A DNA stretch of 64,000 nt from assembly GCA_001785985.1 (NCBI GenBank), contig MFVE01000002.1, forward strand, positions 28,600-92,599, written 5' to 3'. Under the pieces are notes generated by a model. It saw only the letters and a list, made by a program, of their open reading frames with translations. It made no database searches and was not told where the DNA came from. Positions 54,756 through 63,827 of this stretch are shown piece by piece (position 1 is the stretch's first letter; each line of letters starts with the position of its first letter). The position numbers were made by a program, and so were the translations under genes. This stretch comes from Candidatus Nomurabacteria bacterium RIFCSPLOWO2_01_FULL_42_17 (lineage in GTDB: Bacteria > Patescibacteriota > Minisyncoccia > Phycocordibacterales > UBA9973).

Positions 54756-55394
54756 TTAAATAAATCCGTACTCCCGAAAAATCTGCTCATACAAAGCGAT
54801 CACTCTTTTGGCTTCGTGCTGTGAAAGCTGAAAAGAGGCACCTTCGTGAGCTATCCTATTTCGAATGGTATGCACTTCCCACGCAGACGTAAGGCTGTGA
54901 AATTTTTCAGTAGTAGCGGCAGATTTCAGTTTATCGCCCAAAGTTTCGCCCGCAAATCCTAATTGGCTCATCAAATCGTCGAGCATCGAATCAGCTTCAA
55001 TGATCGCGAGCTTCCAATCGCTGATGTGTTGCGAAAAAATATAACCGAGAGTCTTTACCCATCTTTCATTTTTAGACACTCCCTCCCCTTCTTGGAGTTT
55101 TTTCTCTCGCTCGGCCTGATGATGCGCATATTCAGCGATCTCGTGCTCTAGATGTTTTTTCTCCTTACTTCTAATCTCAAACATTCGAACCGCGCAATAA
55201 GAAATCAACGTCAGAAAAAATAATGCAAGAAAGAAAAGAACAGTATGGAAAAGAGATAATATTTGCGGCCAATTAGAAATATTAAAATTGGAAAGACTCT
55301 GAAAAAAAGAGACGCCTTGATTGAATAAATAGTCCGGATTAAACCATTTGGAACCCAAAAATGAATCTCCGAAAATATTACTTGATGAATCCAT
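54756..55394 (-). CDS. Membrane protein, hypothetical
   Basis: A 212-aa protein with one or two TM helices near the N-terminus. Confidence 0.35.
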   Translation of the reverse strand: MDSSSNIFGDSFLGSKWFNPDYLFNQGVSFFQSLSNFNISNWPQILSLFHTVLFFLALFFLTLISYCAVRMFEIRSKEKKHLEHEIAEYAHHQAEREKKLQEGEGVSKNERWVKTLGYIFSQHISDWKLAIIEADSMLDDLMSQLGFAGETLGDKLKSAATTEKFHSLTSAWEVHTIRNRIAHEGASFQLSQHEAKRVIALYEQIFREYGFI

Positions 55395-55419
55395 ATAAAA
55401 ATTATACCACGATTTTCAT

Positions 55420-56832
55420 TTATTTTATCGCCTCAAAACGCTTCCCGATTTCAAAAAGAGAACTCTCGCAAAAATAAGGCGCCATAAACTGAATAGAAAA
55501 TGGCAAACCGTCTTTTGATGTCCCCGATGGTAAAGCAATAGAAGGAACGCCAGTTAAATTTGCTGGCGCAGAAAAGATATCACACAAATACATCGCCACT
55601 GGATCATCTAATTTTTCTCCTAACTTAAAAGGAAGCACTGGTACAGTTGGAGTAAGAATATAATCAACCTTTTTAAAAGCATTAAAAATTTCTTCTCTTA
55701 TTTTTTCTCGCACGTTCAAAGCTTTATTATAATAAGCGTCGTAGTATCCATGAGATAGAACATAAGTACCAAGCAAAATTCTGCGACGAGCCTCTTTACC
55801 AAAACCACCTCCTCTGCTTTTCTTATACACATCCATCAAACTCTCTCCTTTCACACTATAGCCATAACGTATTCCATCAAAACGTGCCAAATTCGTAGAA
55901 ACTTCGGCAGGCATAATAATATAATAAACAGCTAAAGAATATTTACAATATGGAAGTTCTATATCTACAATTTCATATCCGGCTTTTTTAAATTTTCCTA
56001 AAGATTGCTTAAAATTTTCTTGAACTTCACTATCTACACCTTCTTTAAATAAATGCCAAGGAACACCAATCTTTTTACCACCTAAAACATGATTCCTTAA
56101 ATTATCTGGCACAGAAGTGCTATCTTCTTTATCATATCTAGATAAGAAATTAAATATTATCTCTGCATCTCTTACATTTTTACCAAAAGGTCCCACTTGA
56201 TCAAGTGAATTACCCATAGGAATAACTCCTTGTCTAGAGATTGCGCCATAAGTAGACCTCAACCCAACTAATCCACAAAATGCTGATGGCTCTCGTACAG
56301 AACCACAGGTTTCAGTGCCCAAAGCAGCCAAGGCCATACCTCCAGCGAGAGCTGCTGCCGAACCGCCAGAAGAACCTCCAGGCACTCTAGATAAATCAAT
56401 AGGATTACGTGTAACACCATAGGCTGATGTCTGTGTAGAAGAACCCATTGCAAATTCATCCATATTGGTCCTACCTAAAAAAACAGCTCCAACTTTTTTT
56501 AGATCTTTTATCACTGTAGCGTCATAGGAGGCCTTATAATTTTCCAAAATTTTTGAGCCTGCAGAAGATATTTTACCTTTAATTAAGATAATATCTTTTA
56601 TGGCAAATGGAATACCAGTCAACTCTGATGCTACCCCATTTTTAAACATTTCTTGAGCAATATCGGCTTGTTTTAATACATCATCATAAATTTCCAAATA
56701 TGCATTTATTTCAGGATTTTTTTCTTTAATAACTTTCAAATATTCCCCTGCTAATTCACGACAAGAGTATTTACCACTTTTAAAATCTTGATGCGCTTTT
56801 TCTATTGTTAAATTTTTTAAATCTATCTTCAT
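55420..56832 (-). CDS. gatA: Glutamyl/aspartyl-tRNA amidotransferase subunit A
   Basis: The amidase signature GGSSGGSAAALA is present, and gatC lies upstream. Confidence 0.9.
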   Translation of the reverse strand: MKIDLKNLTIEKAHQDFKSGKYSCRELAGEYLKVIKEKNPEINAYLEIYDDVLKQADIAQEMFKNGVASELTGIPFAIKDIILIKGKISSAGSKILENYKASYDATVIKDLKKVGAVFLGRTNMDEFAMGSSTQTSAYGVTRNPIDLSRVPGGSSGGSAAALAGGMALAALGTETCGSVREPSAFCGLVGLRSTYGAISRQGVIPMGNSLDQVGPFGKNVRDAEIIFNFLSRYDKEDSTSVPDNLRNHVLGGKKIGVPWHLFKEGVDSEVQENFKQSLGKFKKAGYEIVDIELPYCKYSLAVYYIIMPAEVSTNLARFDGIRYGYSVKGESLMDVYKKSRGGGFGKEARRRILLGTYVLSHGYYDAYYNKALNVREKIREEIFNAFKKVDYILTPTVPVLPFKLGEKLDDPVAMYLCDIFSAPANLTGVPSIALPSGTSKDGLPFSIQFMAPYFCESSLFEIGKRFEAIK

Positions 56833-57134
56833 AATATTTTTTTCACTTTCACAAAGCCATCCTGAGCGTCCGGAAACTGCCCGATAATCAGCTCCTTGGA
56901 AAATTCTCTAGGCTCCAACACATCCTCCCGCCAAATATTTGTGAGGCTATATTCCGCCTTTACATCATCTACTTTTACTCCCTCGATCTGCTTGACGTAC
57001 TCCAAAATACCCTCCATATCCTTCAACATGGCCTTCTTTTCATCTTCTCCCAGCTCGATTCTGGCTAGATTGGCTAAATTCTCGACGTCCTTGATATCCA
57101 TATGATAACAGTATACATCAACACTTCTATCCAA
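56829..57134 (-). CDS. gatC: Glutamyl/aspartyl-tRNA amidotransferase subunit C
   Basis: A 101-aa protein that overlaps the gatA start by 4 nt. Confidence 0.75.
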   Translation of the reverse strand: MDRSVDVYCYHMDIKDVENLANLARIELGEDEKKAMLKDMEGILEYVKQIEGVKVDDVKAEYSLTNIWREDVLEPREFSKELIIGQFPDAQDGFVKVKKIL

Positions 57135-58017
57135 TCAAAGCTTTGACTCGCTCTTCTACCGGCGGATGCGTAGCAAAAAGGCCCAAAAAGACTTTGGTTT
57201 TTCTGCCGAAACCCACCCCTTTTGGATCAGCGATGTAGAGATGCGCGATGGCATTCGATTGGCGCGCCATGGGTTTGCTATATTGAGAGATTTTACGCAG
57301 AGCATTTGCCAAACCTTCCGGATAGCGAGTGAGCAGAGCCCCAGAAGCATCTGCTAAAAATTCACGCTTTCTAGAGATAGCCAGTTGAATAAGTATTGCA
57401 AAAATCGGCGCTAAGATTGAAAGAATAATCCCCACAAGCATGAGTACCCCCGCGGCCTTATTATCGCTGTCTCTCCTGCCGAAAAATAAATGTCTGGTAA
57501 AAATGTCTGCGACGATAGTGACAAAGCCCACCAGCACGACAACTACGGTCGAGAGCAGCATGTCGCGATTGCCAATATGCGATAGCTCGTGCGCGATGAC
57601 GCCCTCTAATTCATTTTTATTCAAAATCGCCAAAAGCCCCGTAGTTGCGCAGACCACCGCGTGATTTTTATCTCGGCCAGTAGCAAAAGCGTTCGGCGCT
57701 TGATCTAACACGACGTATATTTTCGGCATTGGCAATCCCGCAGTGATAGAAAGATTTTCCACACTGGTATACAAGTCAAAATATTCTTCTCTCTTTGCTT
57801 CTTTTGCCCCAGAGAGCTTCAAGACGATCTTGTCCGAATACCAATAGGAAAAAAAATTCATCAAAACGCTAAAAATCACAAAGAAATACAATATATTCGG
57901 ATTGTTGTAATAAAAACTAAAAAACCAGCCGAAAAGAATTACCACCACAAAAAACACCGTCATGAGCATCCATGTTTTTGTGACATTTTTAGATTGATGC
58001 GTATAAAGCGTCGCCAT
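57127..58017 (-). CDS. htpX: Zinc metalloprotease HtpX (M48)
   Basis: It has four TM helices and an HELSHIGNRD (HExxH) motif. Confidence 0.85.
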   Translation of the reverse strand: MATLYTHQSKNVTKTWMLMTVFFVVVILFGWFFSFYYNNPNILYFFVIFSVLMNFFSYWYSDKIVLKLSGAKEAKREEYFDLYTSVENLSITAGLPMPKIYVVLDQAPNAFATGRDKNHAVVCATTGLLAILNKNELEGVIAHELSHIGNRDMLLSTVVVVLVGFVTIVADIFTRHLFFGRRDSDNKAAGVLMLVGIILSILAPIFAILIQLAISRKREFLADASGALLTRYPEGLANALRKISQYSKPMARQSNAIAHLYIADPKGVGFGRKTKVFLGLFATHPPVEERVKALIG

Positions 58018-58023
58018 GAATAC

Positions 58024-58950
58024 TTATTGAGACTGCATTCTATTATAACTCGTGATGACAGAGTCAATATAGGATCCGCTGCAGCCGAGATTTTGAATTT
58101 TATTTTTCTCCAAATTATTTTCTACAAAAACTCCGAGACTGCCGTAAAAGTGTATCTGGCTCGCGTATTTAACCGGATTGTCTTTGCTCGGGGCAGTAAA
58201 CGTTGGAGGGTTTTTACTTTCATCTATCGCCTTGACGATATTCACAGGACAAGAAATAGACTGGCCGGCCAATTTCTTGCCTGCTCTATCAAATAGAGTG
58301 CTGTCCAATCCATACGACAATTTAAAATTGCAAGTCTCCCCGGTTTTAATAATTTGGAAGACATCTGGAAATAGATCACTTTTCAAAACAGCTTTAGCAT
58401 TTTCGCAAGATAAAGCGCTAGTGCCTAGACAATTTAACACAGAAATATGACTTATTGTAGTTGTGGCATTTTTTAGGTCCGGCGCCGTGCTAGTCCCGCA
58501 ATCCTTTGCGCTAGTTGCATCTGACGCGACTCCATTATTGCTATCTCCCGCGGTAGACGTATCTGCGGTCTCAGGTGTTTTTGGACTAAAATAAGAAGAA
58601 AACAAGCCCTTTATATTATCTACTCCACTATTCCAGAAACCGATGATCTGCGGTTGATAGAAATACCAAACGACTAAACAAATCAAAGCTACGATAATAA
58701 AAATTAAATTTTCAGAAGTTTTTCTGGATAATTTTTTCTCACTTTTTACCTCTGGATTAATAGTGTATTGATTAGTCGCGCTTGGAGCGACAAAATTCTG
58801 CATTGGAATTGCCATTCTGAATCCTTCATTCAAGTCCACTTCGCTCCACCCCCCGTTTCTGACTAATTCGGCGCGAATATCCTCGCGCGTGCGACCTTTC
58901 GCAAACTCCCCTTTTATATATCCTATAAGTTCTGGTGTGATCATAAACAA
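58024..58950 (-). CDS. Membrane-anchored hypothetical protein
   Basis: A 308-aa protein with one TM helix and a Ser/Thr/Ala-rich linker. Confidence 0.35.
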   Translation of the reverse strand: MFMITPELIGYIKGEFAKGRTREDIRAELVRNGGWSEVDLNEGFRMAIPMQNFVAPSATNQYTINPEVKSEKKLSRKTSENLIFIIVALICLVVWYFYQPQIIGFWNSGVDNIKGLFSSYFSPKTPETADTSTAGDSNNGVASDATSAKDCGTSTAPDLKNATTTISHISVLNCLGTSALSCENAKAVLKSDLFPDVFQIIKTGETCNFKLSYGLDSTLFDRAGKKLAGQSISCPVNIVKAIDESKNPPTFTAPSKDNPVKYASQIHFYGSLGVFVENNLEKNKIQNLGCSGSYIDSVITSYNRMQSQ

Positions 58951-58975
58951 AAAAAATTTCTATTAATAAATTCGA

Positions 58976-59527
58976 CTAAAACTTTACTTCCACTGGATTT
59001 TGAGCGACATCATTGTCCGCCAAATCAAAAAATTCTTTTTTGGTAAATCCAAAAATCCCAGCTAAAATATTCGAGGGAAAAGACTCAATCTTAATATTCA
59101 AGTCGCGCACATTGCTGTTGTAAAATCTGCGCGCAGCCTGGATTTTATTTTCTGTATCAGAAAGCTCATTTTGCAGAGCCAAGAAATTTTGATTAGCTTT
59201 AAGATCTGGATAAGCTTCGGCAATAGCAAAAATAGATTTTAATGCGCCAGTGAGCATATTTTCGGCTTCGGCATGTTCCTTTGTAGGGCCTTGCGCGCCC
59301 ATCGCCATGCTCCTGGCCTTGGTCACATTTTCAAAAGCGGAAGACTCGTGCTTGGCATATCCCTTGACTGAATTTACTAAATTTGGAATCAGATCGTATC
59401 GGCGTTTTAATTGCACTTCAATATCCGCCCAAGCCTCCCCCGCGCGAGTGCGCAAAGTAATAAAGCCATTATAGATAATAATCGCCCACAGAATGAGAAC
59501 CCCTAAGACTATCAAAATGTATATCAT
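58976..59527 (-). CDS. lemA: LemA-family protein
   Basis: It has an N-terminal TM helix and a NGFITLRTRAGEAWADIEVQLKRRYDLIPNLV segment. Confidence 0.8.
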   Translation of the reverse strand: MIYILIVLGVLILWAIIIYNGFITLRTRAGEAWADIEVQLKRRYDLIPNLVNSVKGYAKHESSAFENVTKARSMAMGAQGPTKEHAEAENMLTGALKSIFAIAEAYPDLKANQNFLALQNELSDTENKIQAARRFYNSNVRDLNIKIESFPSNILAGIFGFTKKEFFDLADNDVAQNPVEVKF

Positions 59528-59547
59528 GAGTATATTGTACTACAAAT

Positions 59548-60570
59548 TTATTTAATTTCCATACCAGTCATTAAATTGCTAAAAAGGTACATAAAGTCAG
59601 TAGAATTCGCCGGAGCTTTTATTTCCACTGGGCTAGCACCGTCAATGATCACAGATAGATCCATAGTCCCAGTATTTTTCCCCGTCTCATCAGATATTTC
59701 TATAGAAGACTTCACTTGAATTGGAAGATAATTCTCCTTATGAACAAGCAATTCAATATTATGAATATCGATCATTTGGAGAGCATCTTCGATTCCGGCT
59801 GCGATCTCTAAAGCATCAACTTTCTGACCCTCTCCAGCATTTTTGACTATAACGCCCAAAAGCTCTGTCAGCATATTTTTCAATTCTGTTTTTTCTAAAG
59901 TTATACTGAAACGATAGGACGGAGATCCTTCTATTTGTCCATCCCCAAGTTTTTTAATGCGTGCTGCATTTTCATATTTTTCTACAATAGCCAGCTGCTC
60001 TTGCCTCTCTTCTTTGGAAACATTGGGAATTCCTCCTTGCTCTACTGCTTTTAATATGTCATCACTTTCCGTTCCACCAAGGTTCTTAACTAATGCTTTT
60101 AAATCCATTCTCCACCATTTTCCTTTTATAGAAGAAAGATCCATCGGGAACCCACTTAATTCATTGAGTTTTACATACAAAAGCATATCCTTCGGCATGC
60201 TTATTACTTCGGCTGCAAATAAGACAGGATCGTTGGCGAAATCTTCCAATAAAATTCTTATATTGGAAAGATATGGTTTCGTGCCGCCCAGCAGAATGCC
60301 TGCATCAGTAGAAACTACCTGGTCCAGAGAAAAATGTATTTTAGGATACACTCCCGCCGGCAGATTGTTTAGAGCAGAGAGCTCATCATCTTTGACCGTG
60401 AAAATACCATCTACCCTTTCTCGGATAAATTCCTTGGAAGCAAGTTCTGCTGAAACTTTAGAAAATATTTCTTTAAACGAATCTGTACTTTTATTGTAGG
60501 AAAAAATACCCCCAGCCACGATCAAAATCCCCAGAACAACTACTATTATTTGCGCTTTATTTATATTCAT
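59548..60570 (-). CDS. Membrane-anchored hypothetical protein
   Basis: A 340-aa protein with an N-terminal TM helix. Confidence 0.35.
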   Translation of the reverse strand: MNINKAQIIVVVLGILIVAGGIFSYNKSTDSFKEIFSKVSAELASKEFIRERVDGIFTVKDDELSALNNLPAGVYPKIHFSLDQVVSTDAGILLGGTKPYLSNIRILLEDFANDPVLFAAEVISMPKDMLLYVKLNELSGFPMDLSSIKGKWWRMDLKALVKNLGGTESDDILKAVEQGGIPNVSKEERQEQLAIVEKYENAARIKKLGDGQIEGSPSYRFSITLEKTELKNMLTELLGVIVKNAGEGQKVDALEIAAGIEDALQMIDIHNIELLVHKENYLPIQVKSSIEISDETGKNTGTMDLSVIIDGASPVEIKAPANSTDFMYLFSNLMTGMEIK

Positions 60571-60591
60571 AAATTTGTTAATTATATTATA

Positions 60592-61494
60592 TTATTTTCT
60601 ATCCTGCCATTCCTTGATCCAAACCAGCATCGGTGAAGCAAAGAAAAGCGATGAATAGATGCCGAAGAAAAGACCGATGGTCAGAATAAAGGCAAAATTC
60701 TTTGTCGTTTCCGGACCAAAGAAATAAAGCGGCACCAGTACGCCGATAATAGTGAGAGTAATGTTGATGGAACGGACGATGGTCTCCTTAGTGCTCTTGC
60801 CGACTGTTTCCGCAAAATCTTTTTGCTCTTCGTCTCGTAAATTTTCTCTGATCCGATCAAAAACGACGATCTTGTCATGAACAGACAAGCCTAAAATAGT
60901 CAGTAGCGCTAAAACGAAAAGCGTATCCACCTCCGCGCCCGTATAGTGAGACACCAAGGCAAAAATCCCAGTCGGAATGATGATGTCATGGAGAAGTGTG
61001 ATAATGGTGATGATTCCGTATTTCCACGATGGCACCGGTTTTGAGACTTTGCGAAAAGCGTAAGTGATAAAAAGAATAATCGCGATAATAACAAAAATCA
61101 TGGAAAGAATCGCTTTGCGCGCCAGTTCGCTCCCGACCGACGGACCGATAGAAGTATAGCTTTTCTCTGTGGCATTATATTTCCCCGCCTTTGACCAAAA
61201 TGCCAAAATCTTTTGATGTTCCTCTTCCGTTAGATCCCTAGTCTTGATGAGATATCCCAAGTAACCATCGCCTCCCGTGGGCTGAATGAGAGCCTGGTTG
61301 ATACCAAGAGAATTCAAACTATTCTGGACAGAATCGGCCTCCGGACGATCTCCTACGAAATCTAACTCTAGGAGTGCTCCCCCTTTAAAATCGATCCCGA
61401 GTTTTAAGCCGAAAGTAAAGATAAAAACGATAGAGACGATCATTAGGATGACCGAGAGGGCAAGGAATATTTTTTTGTATTTAACGATAAACAT
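60592..61494 (-). CDS. secF: Protein translocase subunit SecF
   Basis: It has six TM helices and lies downstream of secD. Confidence 0.85.
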   Translation of the reverse strand: MFIVKYKKIFLALSVILMIVSIVFIFTFGLKLGIDFKGGALLELDFVGDRPEADSVQNSLNSLGINQALIQPTGGDGYLGYLIKTRDLTEEEHQKILAFWSKAGKYNATEKSYTSIGPSVGSELARKAILSMIFVIIAIILFITYAFRKVSKPVPSWKYGIITIITLLHDIIIPTGIFALVSHYTGAEVDTLFVLALLTILGLSVHDKIVVFDRIRENLRDEEQKDFAETVGKSTKETIVRSINITLTIIGVLVPLYFFGPETTKNFAFILTIGLFFGIYSSLFFASPMLVWIKEWQDRK

Positions 61495-61500
61495 GGTTTA

Positions 61501-61535
61501 GTGGAAAGTTATAAAGTTCATAAAGTTGAAAGTCA
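61501..61535 (+). repeat. Dispersed AAGTT-ATAAAGTT motif, copy f, between the secD stop and the secF start
   Basis: The sequence is gtggaaagttataaagttcataaagttgaaagtca. Confidence 0.7.
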
Positions 61536-62894
61536 TTTTGAAAAGCCGGAACTGAATAAAAATCGGGTTAATTTATTGCTCTTCTTAATGCCCAAAGCGA
61601 AAAGGAAAATTCGAGAAACGGTAATCGCCGAGAACATTGAAACCAAAACACCCAAGCCAAAAGTCAGCGCAAATCCCTTGATAAGTGGCGTGCCCAGCCA
61701 AAACAGAATAATAGAGGTGATGATACTGGAGGTGTTTGAATCCCGCACAGATGTCCAAGCTCTCTTGAAACCATCATGGATGCCATCGTGAATATTGTGT
61801 CCTTTTCTTATTTCTTCTTTCATTCTTTCGAAAATAAGCACATTCGCATCCACCGCCATTCCGAGAGATATGATAAATCCGCCGATACCGGCCGCGGTCA
61901 AAGTTACCGGCAGAATTTTGAAAATAGCTAGAAGGATCGCGGTGTAAAATGAGAGCGCCACGACTGCGATCAGTCCAGGCAATCGATACCAGACAATGAG
62001 GAAGATAGCCACCAATATGAATCCGATGACAGCTGCTTTCACTCCAGCCCGGACAGCCGACTCTCCGAGAGTGGCTCCGATAGTCTGAGTGGAGAGCAGG
62101 GTGATCGGCACCGGCAAAGCGCCTGAATTTAATCTGCCCACCAAGAGTTTCGCTTCCTTGGGAGTAAAGTCCCCCGAGATCACTGCCTGCCCGCCGGTGA
62201 TTTCTTCACGAACTATCGGAGTAGATACCGGCGCACCGTCTAAATAAATCGCTACTGTTTTGCCGATGCTGCTTCTGGTGATCTCTGCAAAAAGTTTTGT
62301 GCCCGTTTCATCAAATTGCAAACTTACTATCGGCTCGCGAGTATTTGGATCAAATTCTAAAGTCGCTCTCTTTAAATATCGGCCAGTAAGTTCGGTAGCA
62401 ATAAATTGAGGACCGATGTCTACATTTACCTTGCCATCTTTAATTGTCGCCTTTTGCGGAGCTCCCGTAGGTGCCTCTATCTTAAATTCCAAGACTGGAG
62501 TCTGCCCAATCATTTCCACCGCTTTTTTTACATCAGTCACTCCAGGCAAATCAACAATGAGCTGCTCGCCCCCACCGGAGATGATACTGCCATGCTGCAC
62601 CTGAACCACCGGCTCGGAAACTCCGAAAAGATTCACTCTGCGTTCTATCACATCCCGAAGTGCATCCATCGAACTTCCCACTTCATTTGCCGGGATAGCG
62701 CTGACATCAGCTTTGTAGATCAAATGACTACCCCCAGACAGATCCAAGCCCAAGCGAAAAGGAAATTTCTTCCAGAAAGCGCCTTGAGTCTCAAAATTTT
62801 TATTCAATTTGGGCTCGGTCTTAAAAACAAAAAAAGCTACCCCCGAGCCTAAAATTAAAATTATTAAAGCCAGTATAACTCTCTTTTTTAACAT
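61533..62894 (-). CDS. secD: Protein translocase subunit SecD
   Basis: It has a large periplasmic domain followed by a six-TM SecD/F core. Confidence 0.85.
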   Translation of the reverse strand: MLKKRVILALIILILGSGVAFFVFKTEPKLNKNFETQGAFWKKFPFRLGLDLSGGSHLIYKADVSAIPANEVGSSMDALRDVIERRVNLFGVSEPVVQVQHGSIISGGGEQLIVDLPGVTDVKKAVEMIGQTPVLEFKIEAPTGAPQKATIKDGKVNVDIGPQFIATELTGRYLKRATLEFDPNTREPIVSLQFDETGTKLFAEITRSSIGKTVAIYLDGAPVSTPIVREEITGGQAVISGDFTPKEAKLLVGRLNSGALPVPITLLSTQTIGATLGESAVRAGVKAAVIGFILVAIFLIVWYRLPGLIAVVALSFYTAILLAIFKILPVTLTAAGIGGFIISLGMAVDANVLIFERMKEEIRKGHNIHDGIHDGFKRAWTSVRDSNTSSIITSIILFWLGTPLIKGFALTFGLGVLVSMFSAITVSRIFLFALGIKKSNKLTRFLFSSGFSK

Positions 62895-62986
62895 AAATAT
62901 ACAGCTATACTATCTGTTTTTGCTCAAATATGCAACCAGATAAGCACAACAACTAGGCCTTGCCTAGAATCTAGCTATATTAGAAT

Positions 62987-63295
62987 TTATTGTTGTTTTC
63001 TAAGTAAACCACTATTGATCCACTCAGAGTGATCTTTAAATTCTTCCCCATCCCATCTAACTAGAAGCTCAAGACCTTTTGTTTCTAAAACAGTTCCTGC
63101 TACTCCCATTGTTTTTAAACCACCACTATCAGTGCGTTTAACTTTGTCTCCTGTTTTTATAAACTCTGGAGGCCTCCCACCCTGAGGAAAAGGTCTAGGG
63201 TCAAAATTTATTCCCTCTCCCATTTTTCTAGTTGAACGAGGTAGCGGTTCACCCATATTTTCTTTAGACATATCTATATAATACTCCTCTATCAA
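62987..63295 (-). CDS. Hypothetical protein
   Basis: A 102-aa protein with no confident domain. Confidence 0.3.
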   Translation of the reverse strand: MIEEYYIDMSKENMGEPLPRSTRKMGEGINFDPRPFPQGGRPPEFIKTGDKVKRTDSGGLKTMGVAGTVLETKGLELLVRWDGEEFKDHSEWINSGLLRKQQ

Positions 63296-63321
63296 ACACT
63301 GTCAACATATCCGCAATACCA

Positions 63322-63360
63322 CCTCATCCCCTACCCCTTCTCCTGGAAAGGAGAAGGGGT
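63322..63360. repeat. Palindromic repeat family copy (CCCCTTCTCC-tggaaa-GGAGAAGGGG), downstream of the DUF559 gene
   Basis: It is a perfect 10-bp stem preceded by ACCTCATCCCCTA. Confidence 0.7.
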
Positions 63361-63767
63361 TATTGCACGATATCTGGAAACTTCGCCCTCTCCTTTCCAG
63401 GAGAGGGTTGGGGTGAGGCTCTTTTTAATTCAATTAAAATTTTATGAATTACCAGAGTTATATTTTTGTTAACTTCATTATTCCAAAATCTCAAGGTTTT
63501 AATTCCTAGAACCTTAAACAACTCAGCACGTTCCTTGTCATATTCCTTATTATCCAAATGCTGTGAACCATCGAGCTCGATAACCAGTAATTTTTCGCGA
63601 CAATAAAAGTCGGCAATATAATTTCCTATACTGACTTGCCTCCTCCATTTATATCCTATTTGATTATTTCTTAATTTTGACCAAAGTAAAATTTCTTCTT
63701 TTGTTTGTTTCTTCCGGAGAGTCCTGCGAATTTCTTTCTTATGTAAATTATTTACAATTCTTGGCAT
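63360..63767 (-). CDS. DUF559 (Vsr-like / restriction-endonuclease-fold) domain protein
   Basis: WRRQVSIGNYIADFYCREKLLVIELDGSQH matches the DUF559 core. The C-terminal 15 aa are encoded by the palindromic repeat. Confidence 0.7.
   Translation of the reverse strand: MPRIVNNLHKKEIRRTLRKKQTKEEILLWSKLRNNQIGYKWRRQVSIGNYIADFYCREKLLVIELDGSQHLDNKEYDKERAELFKVLGIKTLRFWNNEVNKNITLVIHKILIELKRASPQPSPGKERAKFPDIVQ
63381..63418. repeat. Palindromic repeat family copy overlapping the 3' end of the DUF559 gene
   Basis: The sequence is cttcgccctctcc-tttcca-ggagagggttggggtgagg. Confidence 0.7.
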
Positions 63768-63779
63768 CTTCGTATTTTG

Positions 63780-63815
63780 CCCCTCGCCTTTCCAGGAGAG
63801 GGGTCAGGGGTGAGG
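63780..63815. repeat. Palindromic repeat family copy immediately upstream of the DUF559 start
   Basis: The sequence is gcccctcgcc-tttcca-ggagaggggtcaggggtgagg. Confidence 0.7.
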
Positions 63816-63827
63816 TTACTAATTAAA

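Noticed and set aside
30013-61535. A possible CRISPR array built from the short tandem ATAAAGTT units or the palindromic GGAGAGGG repeats
   Set aside because: The units are 9 bp with no unique spacers of 25-40 bp. The copies are dispersed singly, and no cas1 or effector gene is present. No CRISPR array is present in this window.
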